62,563 bases of DNA from a virus (Duplodnaviria; Caudoviricetes), in the IMG/VR virus record IMGVR_UViG_3300005613_000063, positions 1-62,563 of that record; one strand, 5' to 3'. The notes below the pieces were generated by a model, which did not search any database, was not told where the DNA came from, and saw only the letters and a program-made list of their open reading frames with translations. This document shows positions 36,684-46,277 of the stretch, one piece after another (within the stretch, counting starts at the first letter, position 1; each line of letters begins with the position of its first letter). The position numbers were made by a program, and so were the translations under genes.

Positions 36684-36952
36684 CTTATTAGTACCTCCGA
36701 AATAATGTAACTTGCCTGAATTATGTCTCTCTTTTATAGCATATCTGCAACTTTATACCAGTATACCTGTATACAATCATATCTATATATACAGTGTATG
36801 CTGATGTGCGCAACACCTAAATGAGGATTAATACTAAATTTATTGAGCTGTGTAGCGTTGAAGCAGCCTATCAGGCGCTGCGCAACCAAGAGAATGATTT
36901 GTATGATCGCATAGATATACCCCTCCCCCACCCGGGTTTTCTTGAGTGAGAT

Positions 36953-37174
36953 TCAGAAGGTCGGTAGTAAGCCTTTTGTCTGCAGTTCGCGGCCCGCAGC
37001 CTGAAAACACTTCAAACAGATTGTGGCTCCGCTACCAGAGACAACGGCAGTACTTAAGGTATCCTGCTTACAGAAAGAACACAACCCTTTTTCTGCCTCG
37101 GTAAGCAGATGGATAAGAGCCCGGCGACCTTCCACTATCAGCACTTGCTTCTCTTCTTCTGTTAGTTTAGTCAT
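36953..37174 (-). CDS. ClpX-type C4 zinc-finger-like protein
   Basis: CSFCK...VVSGSGATICLKC. Confidence 0.6.
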   Translation of the reverse strand: MTKLTEEEKQVLIVEGRRALIHLLTEAEKGLCSFCKQDTLSTAVVSGSGATICLKCFQAAGRELQTKGLLPTF

Positions 37175-37382
37175 CTGAGATCTCTCCTCTTTGAATGCGC
37201 TTTATTATCATAAGATTGACCACATTATTATACATCTTTTCGCACTCCGCTTCTCCGCAAAACGGCAGACGTATTTTCTCGTCAATGATTATGGTCGTCT
37301 CATGACGGCCGCCACAAATACATGTCAGCTGCTCATGTTTGCATTTGCAACCGGGTACGCTACAGGTCATCATCTGCCTCAC
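37167..37382 (-). CDS. Cys-rich hypothetical protein
   Basis: Coupled ORF. Confidence 0.5.
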   Translation of the reverse strand: MRQMMTCSVPGCKCKHEQLTCICGGRHETTIIIDEKIRLPFCGEAECEKMYNNVVNLMIIKRIQRGEISDD

Positions 37383-37728
37383 TTAGTAAGGAAGGATTGA
37401 ACACTCTCTCATGTAATTTTGGAGTTAAATATTGCAGCGTCACGGAGATCATCTTCCGGGCCTCAATTCGAGCTTTCTCCTTATCCTCCTCAGATAGCTC
37501 TGCATATGGTGTATGCATCAAGTTGCGCCAACGCCGTGTCCATTCTGCGGGAATTAATTCTATTCCCTCTGCCATTACCCAGACCCGGATCGTTTTCGCA
37601 AAAACATGCTCCATCCAACTTGCCCGCATGCTGTGAGATAACTCTGCAAGTGCTTCAACAATAGGTTCTGCATAACAATACTTCTCTTTATTAAAAAACT
37701 TTTCAAATAGCTCTCTATTAATCTTCAT
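37360..37728 (-). CDS. Conserved phage hypothetical protein (RyR-repeat-like motif)
   Basis: LAELSH...W....TPYAELSEEDKEK.R. Confidence 0.6.
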   Translation of the reverse strand: MKINRELFEKFFNKEKYCYAEPIVEALAELSHSMRASWMEHVFAKTIRVWVMAEGIELIPAEWTRRWRNLMHTPYAELSEEDKEKARIEARKMISVTLQYLTPKLHERVFNPSLLSEADDDL

Positions 37729-37729
37729 C

Positions 37730-37930
37730 TTACTTCCCTCCTGACAGATTCTGAGCGATTTTCCACATCACTAGAAACACGTTTCCATCTATGTGGAATG
37801 TAGAGCGCAGATGCCACCCGCGTTCTCGTTGCTCCTCGATAACATCAGTCACACGCAATGCAATTTCAGTCGGTGTAATCTCCCTGACTAAGACAGGGAA
37901 CGTATTGTAGACAGCTTCTTCTTGCTTCAT
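37730..37930 (-). CDS. Hypothetical protein
   Basis: Coupled ORF. Confidence 0.5.
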   Translation of the reverse strand: MKQEEAVYNTFPVLVREITPTEIALRVTDVIEEQRERGWHLRSTFHIDGNVFLVMWKIAQNLSGGK

Positions 37931-38176
37931 CTAAGTATTACTCTTCCATGCTAGTGGTCGCCAACACCGATTGCAAATTGGAAACGTGTAGCCATCATAT
38001 TGATCTTCATCTATTTCGACTTCGTAAAAGCAGCCTACGCAATATAAAGTGACTTTAGGCTTTTGCACCGGTGGCGCTATGGCCAAAGGGCAACCGCAAG
38101 AAGAACACCAAGTGCATGAAGCGGAATCAGAGCAAACGGTTTTTTGCCCACATCTGTGACAGGTGACTGCTTGCAT
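37931..38176 (-). CDS. Zn-ribbon protein
   Basis: Four CxxC motifs. Confidence 0.55.
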   Translation of the reverse strand: MQAVTCHRCGQKTVCSDSASCTWCSSCGCPLAIAPPVQKPKVTLYCVGCFYEVEIDEDQYDGYTFPICNRCWRPLAWKSNT

Positions 38177-38186
38177 CGCTCATTGA

Positions 38187-38531
38187 TCACTCAGTATAAA
38201 GCTTCCGTTCCCCTGCCGCAGCATAGGCTTCTCGAGCCGCCTGAGATACCAGCAGCCTAGAGCCATCGCTCTGCTCAAGGATGCAGACATCCGGGACGAA
38301 TGTCAGAGCTTCTGCGACGTTATCTCCTTGCTGCGTGGTGACTTGTATAACGCAGCCGATGTCTTTAATCTCCATCGCTTTAGTAGACTTCATCCATCTT
38401 TGCGACTTACTGGAGGCCTTGCAGATAAGCTTGAACAAGTCTCCATCACCAAAGACTTTCAGATCTGTTATATTAGCCTTCGCCCCTTTTATATCCGTGA
38501 TATCCATATCCTTCTCCACATTTATCGTCAT
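38187..38531 (-). CDS. Conserved phage hypothetical protein
   Basis: VFGDGDLFKLICKASS...WMKSTKAMEI..VAEALTFVP. Confidence 0.7.
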   Translation of the reverse strand: MTINVEKDMDITDIKGAKANITDLKVFGDGDLFKLICKASSKSQRWMKSTKAMEIKDIGCVIQVTTQQGDNVAEALTFVPDVCILEQSDGSRLLVSQAAREAYAAAGERKLYTE

Positions 38532-38995
38532 GCTTTCTCCTTTGCCAGCCCTTGTTCTAGTTCTTTTTCCATAGCGAGCAGTTCCTCTAAGGGCGTTTGT
38601 GCCAGGAATGCAGCCAATCCTAAACGAAACTGTGGTGGGAATACCAGGCCTGAATCTGTGAAATCAGATGCCATTTGGTACAGAGCCTTATTATCTTTTA
38701 TCACCTTAAGCGCATCTCTGTCTGTCATGGCATCTAATGCAGCTTCATCTGTTTGCAATGCTTGCATGCGCGCTGACCCGGCATCAAATTCCATAAGTTT
38801 CTTTGCAAGCGTTGCGGTCTCATCATAGCAGCAAGCTATTTCCTCTTTGGAGAGGAGCCCTTTTTTGATTAAGAGATCGACGAACTGAGCATTAAAGGCC
38901 ATAGATGCCACTTGAATTGCGGACAAAACATCCTTAAAACCACCAGCTATACCCCTAGCTAAATCACCGGATTTATATCCCATTTGTCGCTCCAT
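38528..38995 (-). CDS. Hypothetical protein
   Basis: 155-aa ORF. Confidence 0.6.
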   Translation of the reverse strand: MERQMGYKSGDLARGIAGGFKDVLSAIQVASMAFNAQFVDLLIKKGLLSKEEIACCYDETATLAKKLMEFDAGSARMQALQTDEAALDAMTDRDALKVIKDNKALYQMASDFTDSGLVFPPQFRLGLAAFLAQTPLEELLAMEKELEQGLAKEKA

Positions 38996-39097
38996 ATTTA
39001 AGTAGGTAAGAGAAACTATTAATGGTATAGATGCACCCCCGGGCCGCTGACGCTTAGCGTCGCACAGTTTGTTCGAGAATGCAACCCCTAATTTGAA

Positions 39098-39925
39098 TTA
39101 TCTTCTGCCAGATTTGGCCTGCTCTTGGGCTATACCTTCCATTTTTTCCAGAGCTTGCTTTCCCGACTGGGTCTCCAGAGCTGCCTTGGCGATTTCATTA
39201 TTCTGTTTGAAGATTTCAGATAGAGCCTGCTCTGAATTCACCAGTCTTTCTTGTAGCTCGGCTACTTCTCTTCCCAATCTTATGATGTCCGCATCTGCAA
39301 TCTTGATTTGAGCTTCATGACTTGTCTCAAGCTGCTTCATCTTGAATTCATATTCGCGTTTAACACTCGCTATCTGCTTGGCAAGTTTGGCTTCTAAGTC
39401 TTGTTTGTATGCTTCTGCTTTGACTTGGATTTCATTTATCTCTGCTTCTTTGCGGCTGATGTCTCGTAGGCGGTCTTGATAGGCTAAGTCCCTTTCTCGG
39501 TCTTGGTCTTCATACTCTGTTTTTCTGCTGCGCTCCTCTGATTTCTCCTTGTATTCTAAATCCTCCTCCGCTTTTTCTTCTATTCTAGCCATTGCATCGA
39601 TAGCTTCTTTATGCTCTTCTTTGATGCGTTCCAGCTCTTTATTGAGTTTGTACTTATTGTCTTTGAACGTCTCCTCTAAATCTTTTATGCTTAGTGCTAA
39701 CTTCTCTTTGCCTATAAGTTCTGTCAGTTCAATTTCTTTGTCACCAATAAGGTTCAGCAATGCGTCCAATTCTGCCTTTTTGGTTATGAAGGCTTCTGTT
39801 AAATCTGAGATGGTCAGTCGAGCTGCGTTTTGCAGTTTTAAAAATTCTTCTGTTAATTGATCTGCAGACTTTGCTGCTACTACTTCGATTTGAGCTGCTT
39901 TTTTGACTGGTCTTTTGCTGGGCAT
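39098..39925 (-). CDS. Long coiled-coil protein
   Basis: E/K-rich heptads. Confidence 0.7.
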   Translation of the reverse strand: MPSKRPVKKAAQIEVVAAKSADQLTEEFLKLQNAARLTISDLTEAFITKKAELDALLNLIGDKEIELTELIGKEKLALSIKDLEETFKDNKYKLNKELERIKEEHKEAIDAMARIEEKAEEDLEYKEKSEERSRKTEYEDQDRERDLAYQDRLRDISRKEAEINEIQVKAEAYKQDLEAKLAKQIASVKREYEFKMKQLETSHEAQIKIADADIIRLGREVAELQERLVNSEQALSEIFKQNNEIAKAALETQSGKQALEKMEGIAQEQAKSGRR

Positions 39926-40221
39926 TCTAATATATTCCTTTCTTTCGCTGTCGCTTTCAGTGCATCATAGGCACTTAAGGCTAGGTTTTTAATTACTACA
40001 TTCAATGTATCGAGGACGTGCGCACGATCCCATAAAGGGAATCCGCTCCATACATGAAGTAATGAATTTATCTTATATGAATAGTTTGCTTTTTGTATCA
40101 CCCGGCTTGGTTTTAATTGGGATAGAATGAGTTCGCGCCATAGAGCTAGTAGGTCTTCGTCAGGTAGTTCTGCTATGCACGCATCGGTGAATGCAACAAC
40201 CATACGCTCATTGATTGCCAT
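39880..40221 (-). CDS. Hypothetical protein
   Basis: Coupled ORF. Confidence 0.5.
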   Translation of the reverse strand: MAINERMVVAFTDACIAELPDEDLLALWRELILSQLKPSRVIQKANYSYKINSLLHVWSGFPLWDRAHVLDTLNVVIKNLALSAYDALKATAKERNILECPAKDQSKKQLKSK

Positions 40222-40450
40222 CTATTGCACCCTCTGCCCTTAACTTCTCATTTATTTCTTGGGAAGCCTGCTTTGCTGTTTTGATGTGATCTAACCGTTT
40301 CAGTTGTATTTTAAATCCAACCCAGTCACATTCAATGCATTGTACTGTATAACCGCCAAGTGACTTCATTCCTTGTGTGCAGCTTGCAGTCTCTAATTCT
40401 TGAGATTCGCATTTGGGGCAGCATGCTTGCGTGCTATGAACTCTGGCCAA
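40208..40450 (-). CDS. Zn-ribbon protein
   Basis: CPKC...CIECDWVG. Confidence 0.55.
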   Translation of the reverse strand: MARVHSTQACCPKCESQELETASCTQGMKSLGGYTVQCIECDWVGFKIQLKRLDHIKTAKQASQEINEKLRAEGAIDGNQ

Positions 40451-40455
40451 TTGCT

Positions 40456-40905
40456 TTACTCCGTTGCTGTTGTTTCCGCTTGCTTCATCGCGATGGCATC
40501 TTCCTTTATTATTTCATCTGCCATCTTGGATGTCGCGATTTTAACTTCTTCTTGTTTGGATGTTGGTTTTGCCGCATGCATCTGTTCAATCTTCCGCTTC
40601 GCTGCAGCTAATTCATCTTCTTGTTTTACCTTCTTTGCTAATCCCTGCGCCCGTCGTATGAGGGCCAGCATCTCTTGATAATGATCTAAAGGTACAATCG
40701 CAAAGCGGTCCAGCTTTATTAGCATCTGTCCGCTTGCTAATACCTGTTTTGGTTCTGGGCCTCGGAGATTGACTAAGCTGTTGGTTGTTTGAAAGATGGC
40801 ATTACTGAACGCATCGGGTATGTCATCCTTTATTTCAATGCGTTCTTTCTGCGTTGCTAAACTTGCTGCTTGCTTTTTTCTTTTAGCTCGATTGCTTTTG
40901 CTCAT
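40456..40905 (-). CDS. Hypothetical protein
   Basis: 149-aa ORF. Confidence 0.6.
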   Translation of the reverse strand: MSKSNRAKRKKQAASLATQKERIEIKDDIPDAFSNAIFQTTNSLVNLRGPEPKQVLASGQMLIKLDRFAIVPLDHYQEMLALIRRAQGLAKKVKQEDELAAAKRKIEQMHAAKPTSKQEEVKIATSKMADEIIKEDAIAMKQAETTATE

Positions 40906-41626
40906 TGCTTGCCTTTCGTTTCTCTGCTGTATCTACTGCGAAATGAGCTGCCTGTAAAAACATAGGTGCGCCATATGTAATAGGCAATGACCATCCATAT
41001 TTTCCAGAGCAGACTGTTCCTGCAAATGCGATTGCTCTATTATGAATATAGTCTGTAGTGTATGTACCCAATTGTAGACCTATTGTCCAAGCATACATGC
41101 ATGCATCTGATTCGAACCAGCATCGTAGATAAGCAAAGCCCAAAGGTAAAGGGGTTAATAGATATAAAATGGCATAAATTGGCAGTCCAACCCATGGATG
41201 AATACCAAAGCTGCACCAGCGTGCCTGTTGTGTGTGTCGTCCTTCATGTAGGATACTACGCAGTACGCCGGCTATCGATTTGCTTTTTGGATAGAAGTGC
41301 AAAGGCCCTATTGTTGTTGAGAATTTCTCCATAAATGTTTTGCGTGGCATTGAACCAAAAGTGCATATGACTAAAAGCCATGCAAGCAATTTGCAAAACC
41401 AATTGTCTTTTGTGTAGAGCTTTATGCTGGGGTCTATAGCACGTGCTAAATTTGTTAAGCGCCGTTTGTCATATATCCAGCTTATCTTTTCTCGATCAAC
41501 TATCTCACCAGGAAAAAGAAGGCTGCGATATGAATCAAAGTACGGATATGCATCCGTAAATGGTTTCATATCCATCCTTTGAATATTGTCTTTGATGAAT
41601 GACACGCATTTACCTCCAGCAGACAA
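40883..41626 (-). CDS. Membrane-associated HExxH zinc metallopeptidase-like protein
   Basis: STTIG..HF, ILHEGRHTQQ, hydrophobic segment, then R..FE.DA. Confidence 0.65.
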   Translation of the reverse strand: MSAGGKCVSFIKDNIQRMDMKPFTDAYPYFDSYRSLLFPGEIVDREKISWIYDKRRLTNLARAIDPSIKLYTKDNWFCKLLAWLLVICTFGSMPRKTFMEKFSTTIGPLHFYPKSKSIAGVLRSILHEGRHTQQARWCSFGIHPWVGLPIYAILYLLTPLPLGFAYLRCWFESDACMYAWTIGLQLGTYTTDYIHNRAIAFAGTVCSGKYGWSLPITYGAPMFLQAAHFAVDTAEKRKASNEQKQSS

Positions 41627-41769
41627 ACCAGTGCTTTAGACGTTTCCATCTGGTGTCTAATGATCTATTGCAATAAATACATTCTACATTGCACCACTTC
41701 AATTTGCGACTTTGCGCCGTACTGCTCTTAAGACAGTTTTGGATTTGCCACCTGTTCATTGCATACACC

Positions 41770-42936
41770 TTATACATTGTATCCAAATTGTTTTAACCTA
41801 TATATTAATTCAGCCCTTGTCTGAAGCCCCGGTATGCTATCAACCTTGAGTTTATTACCTTTGTACTTGGGGTCATGCGTTGAATATTGAAATATATTGG
41901 TAGCAGTATATAGCTCTTTTTCAACTGCGTTTACATCTTCAACATAATCATTAGGTAGTATGCAATAACCCAATACACGTAGGTTGGCCCTGATTTCACG
42001 CAGATGGTTACGCCAGGACTTTCCTTTCGATTCATCAAAATCCAAGGGATCTAGTGGCTCATATATTTTTTCGAATACAGCGTAATCTTGATCTCTATCT
42101 GTATCCAAGATTGTTGTGTCCAGTTCTTCTACCAATTCGGTTAGTGGCAAAGTCATAGAGCAGTCATAACTCATGAGCCATGGTATGCGTTCTGCAGGTA
42201 CGTCGGAGAATATAGCATCCCGTATCAATTCTGTAGGATAAGCTATTCCTGGATCCATCTTAGATCCCCAGACAGCTGAATGACCAAGGACCCAACAAGG
42301 ATCAAACTTACAACCCCTCCAACGGCGTAGCATTTTACCAATATTAATTGTGCAAACGAGTTGGTCTTTGGTATATGGTTCCCAATATCTATTGCGTATG
42401 TATATTGGTATCTTGTCCTGCCTGGTGTAGTATTTTCGACGGCCAGACCTACGATAAGGTCTACCCCTAGCGGCGCCAGATAACATACCTAAATTGCGAT
42501 GTTCTACGCCTATCGTGCGATTGTTAGTCCAGTTGCCGTGCCGGGTGCCTTTATGGATATCAGCGTGCAAAAGTGCAGTGACCGGTAAAAATTTTGCTAC
42601 TAAAGGGTAGTCCTGAGTTAATTCTTTTAGTTCCTTTATTCGGTGATCTAATATAGTTATGTGCCATGAAGATCCCCGATTATCTTGATTCTCATTGCTC
42701 CAACGCATGGATGCTATGCCATTGGGTCCACCCGTATAATGCAGCAGCATACCTACAGGTCCGTCTGGATCTAGCCATGGACGGGTCTTGGCTACTCTAA
42801 TCCCAGAATCATTTGTGTAATATGGAAATAAAGGACATCTCGGGGCAATAATATTCAGGGCATCACGAGTGAAATCCAACCACTGTGCAAAGAAAGCCAA
42901 AGCATCTATGGCATCCTGATTCAAAAACGAAGACAT
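41770..42936 (-). CDS. N-acetylmuramoyl-L-alanine amidase (Amidase_2) with C-terminal peptidoglycan-binding domain
   Basis: LLHYTGG, SSWH, IGVEH, LGHS, KMDPG; C-terminal FQ..LKVDSIPGLQT. Confidence 0.88.
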   Translation of the reverse strand: MSSFLNQDAIDALAFFAQWLDFTRDALNIIAPRCPLFPYYTNDSGIRVAKTRPWLDPDGPVGMLLHYTGGPNGIASMRWSNENQDNRGSSWHITILDHRIKELKELTQDYPLVAKFLPVTALLHADIHKGTRHGNWTNNRTIGVEHRNLGMLSGAARGRPYRRSGRRKYYTRQDKIPIYIRNRYWEPYTKDQLVCTINIGKMLRRWRGCKFDPCWVLGHSAVWGSKMDPGIAYPTELIRDAIFSDVPAERIPWLMSYDCSMTLPLTELVEELDTTILDTDRDQDYAVFEKIYEPLDPLDFDESKGKSWRNHLREIRANLRVLGYCILPNDYVEDVNAVEKELYTATNIFQYSTHDPKYKGNKLKVDSIPGLQTRAELIYRLKQFGYNV

Positions 42937-42957
42937 AGCTCCTCCTGGGTGAGGGGG

Positions 42958-43275
42958 TTAGCCTCTACCTTTTATTCGTACAACAGAACCATTGTACAAG
43001 ATAAGGTCCCAGCAGCCATCCTTCTCTGACATTTGTGCACTTTTCCAATGGTCCTTCAATTCTACTAAGAGAGCTTCCTTGAAGATCAATCGGTTATCTG
43101 CATCATCACACTCTATCGTAATGAGTGCATCAGAAGTTACGAGAATTGCGCGAGCTACCTCTTTGATTTGCATATTATTTTCGTCAAATTGCCACTGCTG
43201 TTTACCAAGCGGTAATTGCAATTCATTAGTAATTTCGTCTTTTTTGGCTTGTCGGGCTGCTGATGTTGAATACAT
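42958..43275 (-). CDS. Hypothetical protein
   Basis: AAGGAG RBS. Confidence 0.55.
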   Translation of the reverse strand: MYSTSAARQAKKDEITNELQLPLGKQQWQFDENNMQIKEVARAILVTSDALITIECDDADNRLIFKEALLVELKDHWKSAQMSEKDGCWDLILYNGSVVRIKGRG

Positions 43276-43289
43276 TGGACACTCCTTAT

Positions 43290-43793
43290 TTACTTGTTGT
43301 AGCCGTTGCGGTATTGCAATAAATCTGCTGTGGTGAGTCCCACACTCGCTAAGTGAAAGGCGAGGTTGTGTCTATTGATCGCTAACCTCTTGCTGATTGC
43401 TGTCATGTTCCCATTGTATTGTTTGCCGACTGCCAACAGCAGTTCCCTTCCTGCTTCGATTTTGGCCATGCGCATGTGGAATGCTAGAATGGATTCGCCT
43501 TGCCTGGGTCCCAATTTTTTCAATATGTTTACATAGTCCGGACCCGGTATACCTTCTTCTGGGTGCTTCAAGGATTTCCCCTTCGCAGGCTTTCTTTTCA
43601 AAACAGCCTCTGGTACCTCTTGCATAGGCAAATAATCCAGCTTGGCCGCTGGTACCTCTTTTTGAATTTCTGTTGGTGGATGAACAGGTGATTCCGAATC
43701 ACCCAGTTTATCCAATTCATCCCATCCAGGTGGTGGTATGTATCCAATAATAAACGTGTTTTCTTTTTCTTTCGTCATCGGCTGGTCCCTCAC
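43290..43793 (-). CDS. Fis-type (HTH_8) helix-turn-helix protein
   Basis: RELLLAVGKQYNGNMTAISKRLAINRHNLAFHLASVGL. Confidence 0.7.
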   Translation of the reverse strand: MRDQPMTKEKENTFIIGYIPPPGWDELDKLGDSESPVHPPTEIQKEVPAAKLDYLPMQEVPEAVLKRKPAKGKSLKHPEEGIPGPDYVNILKKLGPRQGESILAFHMRMAKIEAGRELLLAVGKQYNGNMTAISKRLAINRHNLAFHLASVGLTTADLLQYRNGYNK

Positions 43794-43850
43794 TTTTTGT
43801 TTTGTTATATGTTCATATTGACATATACGGCTATCAAGTCAAGTGTCACA

Positions 43851-43867
43851 TGCACAATTTTTGTGCA
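43851..43867. promoter_or_regulatory. NtrC-like palindrome TGCAC-N7-GTGCA in the divergent intergenic region
   Basis: TGCACAATTTTTGTGCA, with a second imperfect copy at 43873-43888. Confidence 0.5.
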
Positions 43868-43942
43868 TTTTATGCACATTTTTTTGCAACAAAATTGGTG
43901 ACGGGGATTGACATGTAACAAAATCATTGAGATACATCAAGT

Positions 43943-44230
43943 TTGAAATATATTTTCAGGAGTGTTTCTGTGACTACTAGAGTACGGAGACAGAAAAGTA
44001 GGAAGTCCAAACGCAAGACTTTCTTTATTGACCACCCAACTTTAATGGATCTGAATCTGATACAAGTGGCACAAAGAACCACCTCTACGTCAGAGGCAAC
44101 TCGTATAGCCATACGTAAGATGGCTGAGCTAATTCGGTATGTGGATACAGGTAAGGTGGTGCATGTTTTAGATCCCGAGCATGCAGAAGAGCGCATCGTG
44201 TTAGATATACCTACCAGTGAAGTGATTTAA
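43943..44230 (+). CDS. Hypothetical protein (possible RHH regulator)
   Basis: KRKTFFID..L..L..VAQRT...SEATRIAI. Confidence 0.5.
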   Translation: MKYIFRSVSVTTRVRRQKSRKSKRKTFFIDHPTLMDLNLIQVAQRTTSTSEATRIAIRKMAELIRYVDTGKVVHVLDPEHAEERIVLDIPTSEVI

Positions 44231-44559
44231 TGCCAGATAAAACGATTACAGAGGAAAACTTGTTGGATGGACTTTTAGACAAGTTGGATAAAGACGAGCT
44301 CCGTTGCATAAATAGTATCATTTTAAAAGCGAGAGGCTTTGAAGATGCATGCACATATTGGCAGCAACAGTGTGCTCATTCTCAATTATTTCTTGCTGCT
44401 GTCATTCGCCATTTGGGCGGCATATATAAAATGAAGGCTCTGGATTTACAAAGTACACCTATGGATTCAGTTGTTGCTGTTTATCCAATAGAAGAGGCCG
44501 GCGTGCCATTTTTGCATTTTAAGTATAGCAGTGATGCTGCTTCTACAGGAGGCAATTAA
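44230..44559 (+). CDS. Hypothetical protein
   Basis: Coupled ORF. Confidence 0.6.
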   Translation: MPDKTITEENLLDGLLDKLDKDELRCINSIILKARGFEDACTYWQQQCAHSQLFLAAVIRHLGGIYKMKALDLQSTPMDSVVAVYPIEEAGVPFLHFKYSSDAASTGGN

Positions 44560-44561
44560 GC

Positions 44562-45131
44562 ATGTCGAGACTTATTATAGGCATTGGTTATCAGAGCCGT
44601 GTAGGTAAAACAGAATGCGGGAATATATTTAGGGAATATCTTGATGATTTTCAAATATGCTCTAATGAATTGAATTTCTCAGATGGTATAAAGCGTACTG
44701 CCGCTGATGTTTTCGGTCTAAATGCTGCGCAGCTATATGGGGATGAGAAGGATACGGTGGATGCTTATTGGAAAATAGCACCCAGGATGATGTTTCAGCG
44801 TATAGGTGACATGATGCGCGACCTTTTTGGTTACGATGTTTGGATAAAGTCGTGGTCTCGTGCGGTAGAATGTCTTGATCCCAAGTTGGCTGTTGTGTGT
44901 TGTGATGTAAGATTGACTGGTGAAGCTAGGAAGATTAGAGAGTTGGGTGGCTTTTTGATTAAGGTGGAACGGGGGTCCACGGCTCTTAGATCGGAGCATC
45001 CTACTGAGGTTGATTTGGATGAATGGACAGATTGGGATCATACAATTTGGAATAATAAGGCACATGGCAAACTTGTGACTCAGGCTCGATCTGTTATGGA
45101 AAAGATATTAAAAGCCAGGGATCTATCATAG
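44562..45131 (+). CDS. Deoxynucleoside monophosphate kinase
   Basis: IIGIGYQSRVGKT, FSDGIK, PR..FQRIGD..R, DVR..E, HPTE. Confidence 0.88.
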   Translation: MSRLIIGIGYQSRVGKTECGNIFREYLDDFQICSNELNFSDGIKRTAADVFGLNAAQLYGDEKDTVDAYWKIAPRMMFQRIGDMMRDLFGYDVWIKSWSRAVECLDPKLAVVCCDVRLTGEARKIRELGGFLIKVERGSTALRSEHPTEVDLDEWTDWDHTIWNNKAHGKLVTQARSVMEKILKARDLS

Positions 45132-45581
45132 ATGCTCCTCGTACATTTTTGGCTTTCTATATTTAGTGGTATAGGAATTTCCCATGTAGAAACAGGTCGG
45201 CTCTCTATGTATCATCCAGGCGATGGCCATTGTGGTACGCAAACGGCCTGTGGCAATACCTTCACAATGAAGTCTCATCACATTGCTCATCGAAGATGGT
45301 ATCGGTTGGGATGTGGTCGAGAGGTCATCGTTTGTGCTGACGCTACTGAACGCTGCATTGCTACTACTGTTCAGGATGGTGGCCCTTATGGTATTTACTA
45401 TGGAAAGATGAAGCACGCCGTGAAGCAGGGTAGATGGAAGGTGTGGACAAAGTATAAACCACCTAAGGGGTGGAAATGGCGAGCGATTGTAGATCTGTCT
45501 TGGGCCCTATGGGTGGATCTAGGAAAACCTAGGGCATTATCCCGAGTTCAGTTATACTTTCTCGTGCAACCGCAGGAGTAA
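45132..45581 (+). CDS. RlpA-like double-psi beta-barrel (lytic transglycosylase-like) protein
   Basis: SMY..G..TACG...IAHR...CG..V...VQDGGPY...IVDLS. Confidence 0.75.
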   Translation: MLLVHFWLSIFSGIGISHVETGRLSMYHPGDGHCGTQTACGNTFTMKSHHIAHRRWYRLGCGREVIVCADATERCIATTVQDGGPYGIYYGKMKHAVKQGRWKVWTKYKPPKGWKWRAIVDLSWALWVDLGKPRALSRVQLYFLVQPQE

Positions 45582-45880
45582 TGATGTCGAACATTTACAA
45601 GGGCACGGTAGGTTTGAGAATGCGTGTACACCTAGGCATCGATATATCCGGAAGTGGTGTTGCACAAATCAGGGTAGTTAAGCCTAACGCAGATATTGTT
45701 GAATGGAGTGCCATAATTGAATCTGCAGAGATGGGTATCATTTATTACGACACGCAGGCAAATGACTTAGATGTAGCAGGCTTATGGTACCTCAATGGTG
45801 TGTGGGATCCCACCGGTGATAACATTTTCTATGGCAAAACTACATGCTTTGATGTTCTTGAACTAGGTGTTACTTGTTAG
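45581..45880 (+). CDS. BppU-N-like virion protein
   Basis: IRVVKPNA..W.A....G.IYY....DLDVAG.W. Confidence 0.6.
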   Translation: MMSNIYKGTVGLRMRVHLGIDISGSGVAQIRVVKPNADIVEWSAIIESAEMGIIYYDTQANDLDVAGLWYLNGVWDPTGDNIFYGKTTCFDVLELGVTC

Positions 45881-45903
45881 CGCTCTTATAAGGGGTTTAT
45901 TGC

Positions 45904-46218
45904 ATGCGGTTAACGCCTTCCATAAATATTGTCGATGGCGATCCATCCCTATGTAACCTCCGCCGTAATATAGTTTTGTTAGGTGATAAGAATGGGGTTA
46001 ACCTTGTTTTTACCACGCCTGAGATATTCTTGCGTGTGCCATTTACTGAAACATTGTTCAGAAATGGAGTAATACAAGAAGAGGGTGCTAGCAATGACTA
46101 CATAGTTAGTGAAGGGGGTGGTGTAGGCACAGGATTTAATACGATCACATTAACAGACGCACAAAATGCTCCTCTTGCTTGGGAGAAGTTATCTATGGAC
46201 TATTTGACAGGCACATAA
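45904..46218 (+). CDS. Putative virion structural protein
   Basis: GDKNGVNLVFT..LFRNGVIQ..NDY module. Confidence 0.6.
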   Translation: MRLTPSINIVDGDPSLCNLRRNIVLLGDKNGVNLVFTTPEIFLRVPFTETLFRNGVIQEEGASNDYIVSEGGGVGTGFNTITLTDAQNAPLAWEKLSMDYLTGT

Positions 46219-46277
46219 ACTGTCTAAAGTTCCGCTTCTTCATATAATGGTTAATAGCAATATATGGAGGAGCATAG

